DNA from: Zygnema circumcarinatum SAG 698-1b
Taxonomy: Eukaryota > Plantae > Zygnematophyceae
DNA length: 64,000 nucleotides
Assembly: GCA_037447605.1 (NCBI GenBank)
Contig: CM074807.1
Coordinates: 3,546,829-3,610,828, forward strand
Direction: 5' to 3'
The notes under the pieces are model-generated. The model made no database searches. It was not told the origin of the DNA and saw only the letters and a program-made list of their open reading frames with translations. Both the position numbers and the translations under genes were made by a program. Positions 45,733-58,661 of this stretch are shown here, piece after piece; positions within the stretch are counted from its first letter, which is position 1, and every line of letters starts with the position of its first letter.

Positions 45733-48700
45733 ATGGCTGCCTTCTGTGCGGGCCTTCGCGGGTTTGAATTTAACGACATAGACGCGCTGGCAGTGCTGCT
45801 GGCCATGGCGGACGAGAGGGGGGAGGCGAGAGGGGGGGGAGGGGGGGGAGGGGCTCCGCCACTGAAGCGGACGTGCAGGTGAGTGTGTGAGAGAGAGAAA
45901 GAGAGGGAGAGAGAGAGAAAGAGAGGGAGAGAGAGAGAGAGGGGGGAAAGAGAGAGATAGAGAGAGAGTGTGGGGGCAGGGCGATGGAGGAGGAGAGAGG
46001 ACGAGCCGATGGACAGGGCATAGGGTGGGGAGGGGGTGGGGGGGGGGGAAGGGGTAAGGAAATGGTGAGGGTGAGCAGGTGGATGGGCCGGGGAGAGAGA
46101 ACGTATAGAAAAAGAAGAGAAAGGAGAAGCAGGAGAGAGTAAGCGGCGAGAGAGAAAGGGAAGAGGGAAAGGGGGGAGGAGGGGGGATGGGGAAGAGGCA
46201 GGGTCAGAGTTAGTGAACTGGGAGTGGAAGGGTGAGAGCGATGTAGGAGGAGGAGGAAGTAGAGAGGCATGGTAGCTTTGAGGTGACTTGGGAATCGTGA
46301 GTTTTTGGCTATTTTCAGAATTTGTTGCTCTCGCATGTATGCGTTTCAGCTACAATGCAATAACTTATTTTGCTGTGCATGTTGCAGGTCTCCGTTAGAT
46401 TTCTGTTTTACTCCACCATCCATTATTCAGCATGAAGTTCCTTCTTCATTGCCTGCTTCTGCCGAGATAGGCCTTTCTCTCCCTCCCCTTCTCGACATGT
46501 CGCCGTTGAAGGAGGGAGCTCGCATTATAAACAGCCTCTCTCAGCTCCAAAACAAGCTGCTTGAAAACTCGTTCCTTGGTGGTACGTTAGCGCAGGTTCA
46601 AGCTGCTGAGAAGGAGGGGCTTGAAATGGCGGCTGGGCATTCCTATCTTCAAAGGAGATGGAATCTTCCTGTAGGGCCAACAGGCGGAATAGCGCTACCA
46701 GGAGGAGAAAATGAGAGAAGCAATGGAAGTGCAACTTCTGCTCTTCGTGATGTGGGAGGAGGAGAAGGAGAAAGCTGGCCAGGATGGGTGGGGGAGTGCC
46801 CTGATAACAATGACGATGGAACTCTGGCAGCCATAGTTAGGGCGAGTGTGAGATTGGGAGGGGGAGGCGGGGAAGGAGGGGGAGGGGGAGGGGGGAGGGG
46901 AGGGGGAGGAGGGAGAGGAGGTGGATGTTGCGTGTCGGGAGGCTCAGCAGCAGGTTCAGCATGTGGGTGGGAGTCTGCAGTTTCAGCAACTTCAGACATG
47001 GAAATTGCAGAAGTGATGCAAGGAACGCCGTTTAATGACGTGCTTTCCCAGTTTGCTATTCGGCAGGGTGAGGAAGACATGAAATTTCAAATCTCGAATG
47101 CGGCTGACGGAGGACTGAATTTGAATGGGAATTTTCTGCAGCAGCAGCAGCAGCAGAGAAGATCATGGCTGAGAAACGACGGTTTGGGGGAGCTCTCTCC
47201 AGGCCCAAAGCTCGCACGTGCGGGATCAGAGGACCAAGAATGGGTACCTGCATCTTCCCCTGTTCACGGCTCCCTGCAGAAGCAGAGTGCTGCCTTGCCG
47301 AGTACTCATTGCGAACAGATGAAACTTTTCCCTCCCCAGCGTTGGAACTTATCTGCCTCTGCGGCAGACTCGTGTGAAGAGTCCGCTGTGCATGTAGGAA
47401 TGTTTCTGGAAGAATCGCAGACATCGGAGCTGTCGGCCGTCCGATCATGCGGTGGCCGATCCAACGGTGGAGAAGAATCGGAGCTTCAATTCTCTGCAGC
47501 ATTGCTATCGCAGCCGGTATCTGAAATCCTTCGAGCTTTTGCAAACCCTACTTTTTCTGGAAGTCCTGTAAGAAATAGCAGCGGGTTTGAAGGCGGAGCT
47601 GGGGAGGGAGGAGGAGGAGGAGGAGGAGTTTCTCTGCCCATGTTGGGAGAGAATGATGGGAGGGGACTGCCTGAGACGCTTCTGAGGGACCTTCTTGTTT
47701 CGCTAGCGGGATCCATTGCGACTAATGATCAGGTGGAAATTTCTTCATACTTTTGTATTAGGAGATTTTCGAAGAGGGAAAGGCCGTGTGGTTTCCCGTG
47801 GTTGCTTCAAGATGTAATCATTCTGGAGTCTTTGGATGACTGCGTTCTTTTCCTGTCTCTCTCCTTTCTTGGTTAGGCAAACACCTCGTCTCTGTCTCGT
47901 TTTCTCCCTTTGGAAGGAGTGCGGCGTGAGAGACATTGTAAAACTGGAACAGACCCAAGAGGAGATCGAGTGGAGCATCTGTAGTCGATGCAGAGAGGAA
48001 ACCTTTGTTCCGTTCTACGTTCTTGTATCTCTCTCATCCCCCTTCTCTCTCTTCTCTCTCTCTCTCCCCCCTTCTCCCTCTCTCTCTCTCTCTCCCCCCT
48101 CTCTCTCTCTCTCTCTCTCTCTGTGCAGATTCAAACCCGTCACTTTGTAGGGCTGCTGCGCGGGCATGCGGACCCTGCCGGCTCCGTCTCTCAGCGCGTG
48201 TGCTTCTACTTCCTCGACGCCCTCCTCACGCGAGCCGCGGGGGGCGGAGCTGCGCGCTTTGACATGGCCCCCCTCCTCTCCGACCTGGTGGGAGAGACTC
48301 CCAACCTACTCCCTCTCTTTGTCCTCCCTCCCTCCCCCCTGTGTCTCACGCCAATGGAATGTAGTCACTATCTCTTGCCAATCTTCTCCCCCCCCCATTC
48401 TCCCCCCCCCGTCTCTCTCTCACTCTCTCTCCCCCTTCTACCTCGCCCCCCCTTCTCTCACACTCTCTCTCTCCCCCTTCTCCCCTTCTCTCTCACTCTC
48501 TCTCTCCCCCTTCTCTCTCTCTCTCTCTCCCCCTTCTCTCTCTCCCCCCCTTCTCTCTCACTCTCTCTCTCTCCCCCCCTTCTCTCTCACTCTCTCTCTC
48601 CCCCTTCTCTCTCTCCCCCCCTTCTCTCTCACTCTCTCTCTCTCCCTTCTCTCTCTCCCCCCTTCTCCCTCTTCTCTCTCACTCTCTCTCTCTCCCCCTT

Positions 48701-49941
48701 CTCTCTCCCCCCCTTCTCTCTCACTCTCTCTCTCCCCCTCCTCTCTCTCACTCTCTCTCCCCCTCCTCTCTCTCTCTCTCTTCCCAGGCCCTTCGTGAAC
48801 CTCTGGCCGACTTCCTGTCGAGAAGTCCCCTCCTCGACTTCTGCCACGCGGCGGGCAGCGGAGCCATCTTGGAAGCTCTTGCGGGAGCGAGCCGGATCCA
48901 CATCGTTGATCTCGGAATGTGGACCCACCGGGGTCAATGGAGCACCTTCCTTAGGGCTTTAGCGGCGCGCCCTCGGCCGCCCGCCCACGTCAGAATCACA
49001 GGGGTCCAGATCCCAGAGGGGGGGGAGGGGGGGCTAGGAAGGGGTAGTCCGCAAACGTCGGCCTCCGAAATAGGAGAAGATTTAGTGAAGCTCGCAACGC
49101 AGTTGTGTATCTCTTTCGAGTTCCATGTGGTGGAATCGCGGCTGGAAAAGCTGCAGCCGGCGATGCTGCGAGTCCGACCCCATGAAGCTTTGGGGGTTTA
49201 CTGTTCCATGCGGCTACATAGTCTGTGCGATTCAACGGTGGTGAGGTCGAATCCGAGAGATGTCGCTCTGCAGGTGTGCAGGTTCTTCTTCTTCTTCTTC
49301 TTCTTATTCTTCTTCTTCTTCTTCTTCTTCTTCTTCTCGTCTCAAACCACAACCAAACTAAACCAACGAATGGATCAATAAGCGAAGACATTTTATGAAA
49401 TCAAAAGCAAACCCAAATCAAATTAAACTAAAATCTTCTCCCTCTCACCCCTCCCTCTCTCCCTCTGCAGCGCATCCGGCAGCTGCGGCCCCAAGTGTTG
49501 GCCATTTCCGAGCTGGAAGTCGACCACAACAACCAATTCTTCATGGCGAGGTTCAGAGAGGCCCTCGACTTTCACATGGTCCTAATGGACTCCCACGAGG
49601 GAGTGATGTCACGAGAGAGCCCCCAACGGCAGCTCTATGAGCGCTCCGTTGTGGCTCGTGACGTCATCTCCGTAGTGGCCTGCGAGGGCTTGCAGAGGGT
49701 GGTGCGCTCCGAGCGGCTCGACCAATGGCGGACGAGGCTCACACGTGTGGGATTCCAGGGACGGGAGGTGGGCATGGAGCTCGCCGCCATTCTGAGCGAG
49801 CGGATGAAGCGGTTCCATGTGGGGTTCTCCGTTAGACGGTGGGGGGGGGCGGCGCAGCTCACATGGAAAGGGAGGCCGTTGGCGACAGCGTCGGCGTGGC
49901 AGCCGACGGAGGAGGGGCTCTCTGCTGTTGTGCACCTGTAA
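45733..49941 (+). CDS. GRAS family transcriptional regulator 2 (intron-containing)
   Basis: Exons 45733-45878, 46388-47732, 48129-48287, 48788-49273, 49471-49941. LHRI ADPAGSVSQRVCFYFLDAL, IHIVDLG...GQWSTFLRALAARP..P.HVRITG, FEFHVV, RLHSLCDSTVVRSNPRD, FFMARFREALDF, VACEG..RVVRSERLDQW, WKGRPLATASAW. Confidence 0.95.
48390..48787. repeat. Long CT-rich low-complexity tract filling a GRAS-2 intron; similar GA/CT tracts occur in many introns
   Basis: Read directly. Comparable tracts at 880-920, 5278-5400, 36158-36260, 38280-38530, 42840-43100, 45880-46260, 54780-54955. Confidence 0.95.
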
Positions 49942-52850
49942 ACTACGGGCGGAATTTGAGGTGTGTAAATGAGTAGAGAGTGAGTGGCCCTAGTGAGAGA
50001 GAGAGAGTGAGAGAGAGGGGGGGAGAGAGAGAGAGGTGGGGGGAGAGGGAGGTGGGGAGAGAGAGAGCGAGAGAGAGTGAGAGGTGGAGGGAGAGGGAGA
50101 TGGAGAGAGAGAGAGAGCGAGAGAGGGAGCGAGAGACGAATTGATTGATTCATTTGTGGCATACTGAGGCGGGAGAGAGTGCCAAAAACCGTTCTTTCGT
50201 ATTTGATTGATACACTGACATTTGTTTTCCATAGACGAGAGAAATTTCTCAGGGATATGGTTAATTTTTTCCTTTTTTTGTTTTTTTTTTTTTTTTTCAA
50301 CAAGTTGTTGGGTGCTCTAGCCTTATTTGTCGGTAGCGCCGGAAACTATGTAGGAATAAGAGCACCAGATGATCACACGTGTGACCGTAAATGCGGGAAA
50401 TTGCATTGGGTCAGTGCATAGATGCAATTTTTCATTAATTTATCCGAATTCCTTTTGGGGGGTAGTTTAGGGTTTATGGGTAATTTTTCATTTGTAAAGG
50501 AGAGAGGATATTGGAGTCGCCGACTTTTCATTTCAATTTCAAAAAATGATTTCTTACTGTTTCCGAATCTGTGTTGTGGCAACTGTTGGGTGGTTTGTGC
50601 CCGTTTTGGTTCAACCAGACTTGAAAGTTTGAGCGCTCTCTAAGCACGTGTTGGACCAACCATTGCCAGTGGTTGCGAAACCATTCATTCGTGACCCAAT
50701 CAACCATTGCCAATGGTTGCCAATCATTGAATTGCGAACCCTTGGATGGCCAACCATTGGCATCTCATGGCTCTCCAATGGTTGGCGATCCCATGGTCCG
50801 TCCGCCCTGTGCAGTTATGCCCCGACCGTTCCTTGTTGCTTTTTAGCTTCTCCATGAACCTACCACAAGATCGATCAACCGTTGGCCATTGATCGTTGAC
50901 CGTTGACCAAGGTGGTTCGCCTATACTGCTCCAAAAGTAGTGTTTGTAGCACGCAAAAGTTATTGAGCACAATCCTCTTGCATAGTGCCACCTCTGAACT
51001 TCAAACAAAAACGTTTTGTTTGTGGTGGAGGCTCTCAAGGCGAGGCTCAAGCTCTCCATCTCTCCAGCTCTCAAGGTTTTAGAACAATGTTAGGGCTTAG
51101 GGTTCAGATTTTAAAGCTCATTGACGATAATTGCTAACGGTCGGAGCGGCGGACAGCCCAGCGTCGCGAGCAAGCGGAGATATCACACGTGCGAACGAAG
51201 GCTACAGTTCAAAGCCGGACGAGCGCAGATGGCGGGAAAGCGATCGGACCGTAGATCTGTGTAAGCGCTGGGATGGAGTGAACATGAACCGTTGGATGCT
51301 GTCACGTCACGGGCATGTCGATGGGCAAAACAACATTGAGATTTTCGCTGGAACTGGTTTGGAAGTATTTTGAGGCTGTCGTGGCATGATGTCAGTGGCA
51401 GATGCAAGGACGGTTTGGAGCGGGATGTGGGATGGCCGCATGCATGGGTCGAGGGAGATGGCGATGGCATGAATGGGACATGCGCAACAACAACAACAAC
51501 CCTAAGCCCTAAAAATGCAGCGAGGGAGGAGCCATGGATGGATGGGGTCGCCAACAAGTCCATTGCTGTGGTCCAACCGACCGACTTTGAAGTCCGCCGC
51601 GCTGCGCTCCGAACAGCACCGCACGGCGGCGAGGTTTGCGGGCGGCCAATCCGGCAGAGGCCGTCCTTCAGCTGAGAACGTTGTCGCTTGCGGCGAGTAA
51701 CGTCAATATCGGCATATCGCCGGCGCATCGGCCGTGATGCCTGCCGGTCTGCCGTCGGCCGCTGACGGAGGCGGTGGATGGAATCGTACGGTACCGACAA
51801 CCGGCAGCTCCTGTCCGATACAGTCGATGTGCTGGCGATATTTCAATACTACCTCGAAAACGACAAAGAAGCCGCCCAATCGTTCCGTGTGCCCGTATCG
51901 CGACCCCACTCCTGCCTGGAAGCTTCCTCAAGTAATCAGTGGCTTCGGATAGGGTTCCTAACGTAGCGCTGTACCGTTGACGATTAAAGCCATACGGGCA
52001 CACCACAAATTTGATCTACCGTTCAAGGTAACGGACACATTGGTACGACACGTTAGGTCACGTTCACTTTTGGAGGTGAGCCGGGCCGAAAGGTTCCGTC
52101 GGGTCGATAACGTCCTTAAAGTACGGCTGACTTTTGGCACATTCCCTAAACGACAAAATAGTGTCATGATATTCGGCTGTAGTCATGAGAATGACATCAT
52201 CTTTCTGAGCATTCACAAAACGACAAAATGACTTCGCAAGTATCGTACCTACTTTTGTCGTTTGCATATGTCCTCTGTCACTCCCGTTCTCGTGCGGCCC
52301 GCCACTAGCGACAGCTTCCAGTCCAACAGTTCGGATTTCGTACAGTCGTCCGGCAATTCGGCTAACGGTCGACGCAATAAACGACAAAAAATAACGACGC
52401 ACCGACATTTTTCGTTAGCAATTCCCGTCTGGCGTGGTCTCCGTACTGGTTCATGTGCGAACTTGCAAGCCGTTGCGCCGTGTAACTGCGCGCATGTGAC
52501 CTCACTGACGTCACCGATGGGCCGCGCGGCGAAAGGACGGCGCCGCTTCACTGACGAGGCGCGGACCGCCATGAATGTCTCTCTAATCACTCCCTCACTC
52601 CCCCTCCACCTCCCTCCCGCTCTCTCTCTCTCTCTCACACTGCTTCCCACTCCCACTCCCCCTCCCCCTCCCCCTCCCCCTCTCCCTATCCTAAAAAAAT
52701 ATACAGTGTCCTGCGCTCTAACCCGATCTCTGTCTGCCGTACTCCTCACTCTCTCCTCCCACACCTCTCTCCCACTCTTATTTTCAGTCTCCTCCCCCCA
52801 GATCCTCCTTCACGACAGTGAGATCTTTTGACTGCCCCAAAAGCGGCGCC

Positions 52851-55800
52851 ATGGATTCCAATTCCATTGATGATGAAAATTTCCCCAGCTCAGAGGTCCC
52901 ACCTGTAACCCAAAGCCTCATGGGGGGTGGGATCAACCCCTCCTCAAAGGAGAAGGCAGACTCGGCTCCTTCTGAGAACTTTCCTCCCATTCCTTCAAGC
53001 AGCAGAGTGAAGGTTCCGGATCGTCTTCTTGAAGCGCTCCATCGGAATTCCTCCATGGATTCCTCCATTTTGAGGGAATCAATGAAAAGGGGCAACAGGG
53101 AGGGGGGGACTCAAATTCCCGCAATCCATGAATCCATCTCTCTTAAAAAATCTCGGAGAGCCTTTTCCCTTTTTAAAAATGCACCGATATTGAGTGATCA
53201 AAGTGCTGCTTCTTCCTCCGACATGGCGGAAGAGGGAGAGAGAAGGCGCGGGAGGGAGAGAAGCAGCAGGGCATCATCTGCAAGGAAGGTCCTTCTCTCA
53301 AGCAGCAAGAAACACTCCTTATCTCACAGCAGGGCAGCCAAGCCTTCTGGTGTATTGTTGCGCAAAAAGGGCTTCCCCTTTTTGCGGCGCTTTGCGATTG
53401 TTGAGCCAAGCTCTCCTACAGACTCTTCCCACCCTCGAGAGGGAGGAGGAGTGATGAACGAGAGTGTTTCTCCTCGGGAGACGGAGAGATGTCTGACAGT
53501 GAAGCTGCAGGAAGAAGGACCTCTCTCCCTCTCTCACTCGCCGACAGCCGTGACCGTACATTGTTCTCGGGATGATCAACTGATAGGAAATGGCTTAAAA
53601 GAAAACTTGAGCGATTCAGTGAAGCTCCCGGGAAGAGAACGTGTAGATGGCGTAGCTGGTGAAGGAGCTCTGCTGGACGACAAGGGAGTGGAGGAGCGAC
53701 GTGAGAGGGAGAGGGAAAGCGAGAGAGGAGGGGAGAGGTGGGGTGGAGAGAGCGTTCCGACTGCCGTGACAAGTATCGTCATTGACATGAATGGTGAGGA
53801 CTTGACGCATTTTTTAGGGGCTGTTTTTGGAGGGCGCTTGTGCAGAGCTCGGGGACTCCAAGCCAAGATAGGAAGGGAGATCGCACTAGATGAAAGGACA
53901 ATGACGAGAGTAGGATAGAGTCAGAAAAGTGGGCCAGATACAAATAGATAGACAGTGAGGGGAAAAAATAGATAAGAGAGCGAGAGGAGAGAGAGAGAGA
54001 GAGAGAGAGTTGAGTTGAGATATAGGGGCTTTTGAAGATGAAGCTTATGCGACTAGCTTTCGGGGGCCAATCGAGAGCTGTGCCTTCGGCTCCTTTATCA
54101 TGCTTTGCTTCCTTTCACCTTTCATATTAACGCACTGTGTGCTGCTTTGCAGACCCATCCACCCCCCCCCACAACCCCTCCTCCCTGAACTCCCCCAGCA
54201 TGCCTTCATCTGTTCAGACCTCAGCTGCTGCTTCGCCTCAAGCAGAAAAAAAAGTCTCTCCCTCTCCTGTTGGGTGGGGGCGGAGATGGTCATTCCTCTC
54301 TACTCGGCCCATGGAGTGGGGGAGAACCTGCACTTCTCAAACCATTCATGAGGCGAGCGACGTTCTTGAGAAGAATCCGACTGAGGAGAGCACAGATCCT
54401 TTTTCTCCTCGAGTGGACAGAAAATGGGTCTTGTGCATCTTATTGCTGCTGCTGCTCCTGCTTGCGGGAGGGATCGCTGTGGGAGTGCTCTACGCTGTGG
54501 GAGTGTTCAAATGGAAGGATGCTTCTTCACATGCAGCATCTATAGTGTATGAAGGGAGGGGAGCACCTCCTGCACCGGGAGTGCCGGCGACATCACTTTG
54601 TGCAGGAGCATGCTGCACATCATCAGCCCCTGTTCTGTATGAGGGGGAGGGAGTGATGTCGTCGACTTGGTGGAGCAATGATCTCTTTGACAATGCGCAG
54701 GTGCATTTGTTGCTCTTTGTCATTTTACGTCAAGGAGAAGCTTTATGTAAGAATGCTACCTGAACATGTTTCTTCTGTTTCACTCTTTGCCTCTCTCCTC
54801 TCCCTCCCTCCCTCCCTTATTCTCTCTCTCACTCTCACCCTCTCACGCTCTCTCCCTCCTTCCCCCCCCCTCTCTCTCACTTTCACCCTCTCACCCCCTC
54901 TCCCTCCTTTCCCCCCCCTCTCTCCCTCTTTCTCTCTCTCCCCCTCTCTCTCTACAGATTCAGTTGTTTTCCGTGGGACTCTCCCAATGGGTGGGTTCTG
55001 CTAGCTACCCGTCGCCATGGCCGGCTTCCTCTCCCTCAGCGCTGAGTGCAGTTCTCCCAACCCCTCCCGGCCCTCTGGAGGTGTTCACTGTGAGGAGGAC
55101 ACCTGGCAATCTACTTCAGTTCTTGGCTCCCAACGGCCTCTACATGGCAGTTCAGTCCGACGGAACGGTGGCAGCCTCTGCCATGGAGTCGGGCTCCGAC
55201 ACTGCCTTCCAGTCAATAGCTGTAAGTGGGACGATGTCAGGCAAAAGGAATTGGATATTAGATGCTAAACTAAGGATTTCATCAACTTATTGATGTATAA
55301 ATGTCCGTTACATGTCTTGAACTTGTAGGATTGCTTCCCCAAGTTCAACATGTTGCAAAATTGCCCCTTGCAGAACTAGAGTTCTGAAGGTCTCTTAATC
55401 TCTCTCTTCACAAACCTGCACTTGCTTTTCTTCGCAGGTAGGCTCCCACCAGATGTATCTTCTCAGTCCCGACCTTCGATTCCTTACTGCGTCTAAGAAT
55501 GCTTCTGGAAGTCTCCGTATGGAGCTCCTTGAGAAGCCCGGAAAGGAGCAACTTTTTTCCATCCGAGAAGCTATGGGAGTTCCTGCATTTCGCGGAGTGA
55601 ATCTTGGAGGGTGGCTCGTGGTGGAGGAGTGGATGTCTCCGGAACTCTTCACTAATGTGCCGCTACTCATTGATGGCACAACCATACAGCTGCAGTCATT
55701 GGCCACAAAACTCTGGGTGACTTCAGCTGAAGCAGGGAGGACGCAGGTCAGTCACCTTATTTGAGAGTTCTAAACATAGGGTTGAAGTCAACATTCCGTG

Positions 55801-58661
55801 GCACTACTGTAGTTGCTTCAGTTTTTGTGATTCAAACGAATGCCGGCTTCGAAGAAGCTGAAGTTATGAAGTGAAGAAGGAGAAGGGAGAGGAATGAGAG
55901 TGGAAATGAAGTGAAGTTGTTGGAAACGTGCTGAATGCAGATGTCCTGCTCCAGCACATCGCCAGGTAGCAGAGAAACTTTTCACATTCGACGGCCGGAG
56001 GGACCCGAACAACCTTTCTTTCAGCTGCGAACAGACAGCAAGATGTACTGGACAAGATGGGGGATCCGCCTGTACACATACTCACTTCTGCCCACTGCTG
56101 CTCAAAACCGGTCAGAATTCGTCATTTTCCACTCGCCTTACGACGATAACATTGTGATGGTGTCGACAGTTGCAGGCAGCTTTCTGCGTGCGCATCCCAA
56201 TGGCCGACTTCTGATGGACGGAACGGTGAGAAAGAGAAGAAAAAACAATCCGATCGGCTTCTAACCATGCACTTTCCAGACCATAAAACTAAATGGAAAA
56301 CCACTGAAGAAGCACTGGAACCTGCAACATTTGCAGGTGACCTTGGCGGATTTGGGAAATGGTGGTGCTGCTGCATGGAGCAGCGACACAGCGTTCCGTT
56401 TAGTTGTTACGTCGGAAATCGGAGGGGAGTGGCAGCTGGCAGCCTCTCTTGGCCCCTCTGCCTCCTCCGTCCTAACCAAGCACCGCAGCAGCTTCCTCTC
56501 TGAAAGGGACTTCCAATGGCTGAGAAGCCATGGCCTGAACGCGGTGCGTGTGCCAGTGGGCTACTGGATAGCGCAGGAGCAGCCGGATGCGCCGTTTGTA
56601 GCAGGAGGGCTGCAAGCACTGGACTCCGCCATGGACTGGGGAGGTGAGGTCTCAGCGGACATTAGGGCTTGGCACTCCGCGTGAATCTTCCAAGATTGAA
56701 AATGAGAAGAAAAAAGGCGATGGGATGATGAAATTTTCTGACTTTATTGGTGCTTTTGGGCGGTCTTCTCTCTCCCGCTACTGCTCCTGCTTCTACTTCT
56801 CCCTGCAGAAAAGCATGGCGTCAGGGTGCTGCTATCCATGCACGCGGCAGCAGGCTCACAGAACGGCTATGATCACAGCGCCAGCCGGGATGGTCTCGCG
56901 GACATGTTCGATCCTTCATCTAACGGCACCTACATTGCGACTACGCTGAATGCCATCTCCTTTTTGGTGCAGAGGTGTGCTGCTCCCTCTTGCAAGGCCG
57001 TGTGCTTTGGCCGGAGTGAGGATCAGGAGGGTTAGAGTTAGAGTTAGGGTTAGTCTTTAGGGTTAGGGTTAGGGTTAGGATTAGGGTTAGAGTTAGGGTT
57101 AGCCTTCAGGGTTAGGGTGAGGGTTAGGATGAGGGTTAGAGTTAGGGTTAGTCTTTAGGGTTAGAGTTAGGATTAGGGTTAGAGTTAGGGTTAGCCTTTA
57201 GGGTTAGGGTTAGGATTAGGCTTTAGGACTTGCGATACGGTTCAGATCTGAAATACTTTTTGTCCTGCCCGCGGGCAGGTACGGCGAGCGGGCGGCGTTC
57301 GCGGGCATCGGCGTCCTGAACGAGCCGAGCTCGCGGGCAGCCCCAAATCTTTCCGCGCTCAAATCTTTTTTCCTGCGCGCGTATGCGGCCGTGCGGCGGC
57401 ACTCCAAGTGCGCGCATGTCGTCATCGGGCCGCGCATCGACGTCAGCAGGTACGGCCATGGCCGCGCGCAGCACGATCAAATGCTGCCACTGCAACGTTT
57501 TGCATTGCCGCTGATGTGAATTCAGGATTCACAGGTTTCTTTTGAATTTTGAACTTTGAATTTTTTAATTTTTAGTTTCCGAGTTGCAAAGCAGCCGCCG
57601 ATTAAATGTTTTTTGGAGTGAATGCATGTGCATCTGCATTGGATTTTCTCTCACTTGTTTACCCGTTCTCTACCATTCTCCTTACGCAGGGCTCCTCCTC
57701 CTCCTCCTCCTCCTGCCTCCATGCATTCAACACTCCTACTGCCAAACTTTGCACTTACGGTCCATAACTGCTCGGGGCTGTTGAAAACGCCACCGAGGGG
57801 TTTGCGGATTTTGAATCTAAATATTTTCCTTTTTTTTCCTGATCAATGTGGGCCTTTTGAATGCGAGTTGACGGATTTCAAGTGAGCGGAGTGTGCAGTA
57901 CGGAGTTCGACTCGTTTATGACAACTCCCAATTTCACCAACGTCATTTTTGACATGCACGAATACAACACCTTCGATTTGAATGTATTTGAGGGGAAGAA
58001 CGCCGCGTTTAATGTAGATTTTGTACGCACTCAGGTAAGGCCCCAAAAAACCTTGAAAAGGAAAAAGAAAGGTCACAAAACCACTGAAACAACTTTAGAC
58101 GTTTTGAATCACTTTGTACCTTCTTAGGAAAGAAAAAAATTGTGTTTGATCGAACGTTTTCTCATAACTATTTCAGTTTTTTGAAAAGCCTCATTCTATT
58201 GCTTTTCTTTCCAGCGCCGGCAAACCCTGCAATCCGCAGAGCAGGGTGTTCGGCAAGTCATGGTTGGCGAGTGGTCCCTCGCCCTCCTACCTTCCACCAA
58301 CGCAACAGTGGAGGTGAGGGGCCTCTCCTTCCCATCCCTCCCTCTCCCCCCCCCATTCCTTCCCCCTTCCCTTCTCTCCCCTCCTCCCTCTCACTATTCA
58401 GGCCGACTGACCACTGTCTGAATCGTAGATTTTAGAAAAAGACTTCGAAGGCCCAACTTTTCAAGCATTTCCAAGCCTCTTTCCCTCGTGCAGGATATCC
58501 AAAACTTTGCAGAAGCACAGTTGGAGGTGTACGGCCAAGCCTCTGCCGGATGGTTCTTTTGGTCCTATAAGCTACTGCGGAGGGACTATCCCAACTGGAG
58601 TTTCCGCCAAGCCGTGGAAGCACACTGGCTCAGACGCTCCAAGGGGACCTCCTTCTGGTGA
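52851..58661 (+). CDS. GH5 exo-beta-1,3-glucanase/beta-glucosidase-like enzyme with fascin-like modules, a single TM anchor and a long N-terminal extension (~1,130 aa)
   Basis: Eleven exons (52851-53793, 54153-54700, 54958-55221, 55438-55746, 55941-56225, 56337-56643, 56809-56974, 57279-57449, 57899-58034, 58215-58313, 58494-58661). Motifs: RGVNLGGWLVVEEWM, GLNAVRVPVGYW, MHAAAGSQNGYDHS, acid/base VLNEP, DMHEY, nucleophile VGEWS, GWFFWSYK. Confidence 0.92.
57028..57227 (+). repeat. Degenerate telomere-like TTAGGG/TTAGAG/TTAGGA array in a GH5 intron
   Basis: About 200 bp of variant hexamers with a recurring higher-order unit (ttagagttagggttag[t/c]ctt[t/c]aggg...). Confidence 0.9.

Noticed and set aside
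44984-45781. 265-aa ORF upstream of GRAS-2
   Set aside because: No recognisable domain; it starts at TTG, runs through promoter repeats and GA tracts, and overlaps GRAS-2 exon 1 out of frame.
47988-48962. 324-aa and 210-aa Leu/Ser/Pro-rich ORFs
   Set aside because: These are translations of CT-microsatellite introns of GRAS-2; the real exons are delimited by GT-AG sites.
51183-51800. 205-aa minus-strand ORF and neighbours
   Set aside because: No recognisable domain or splice support; long ORFs are expected by chance in GC-rich sequence.
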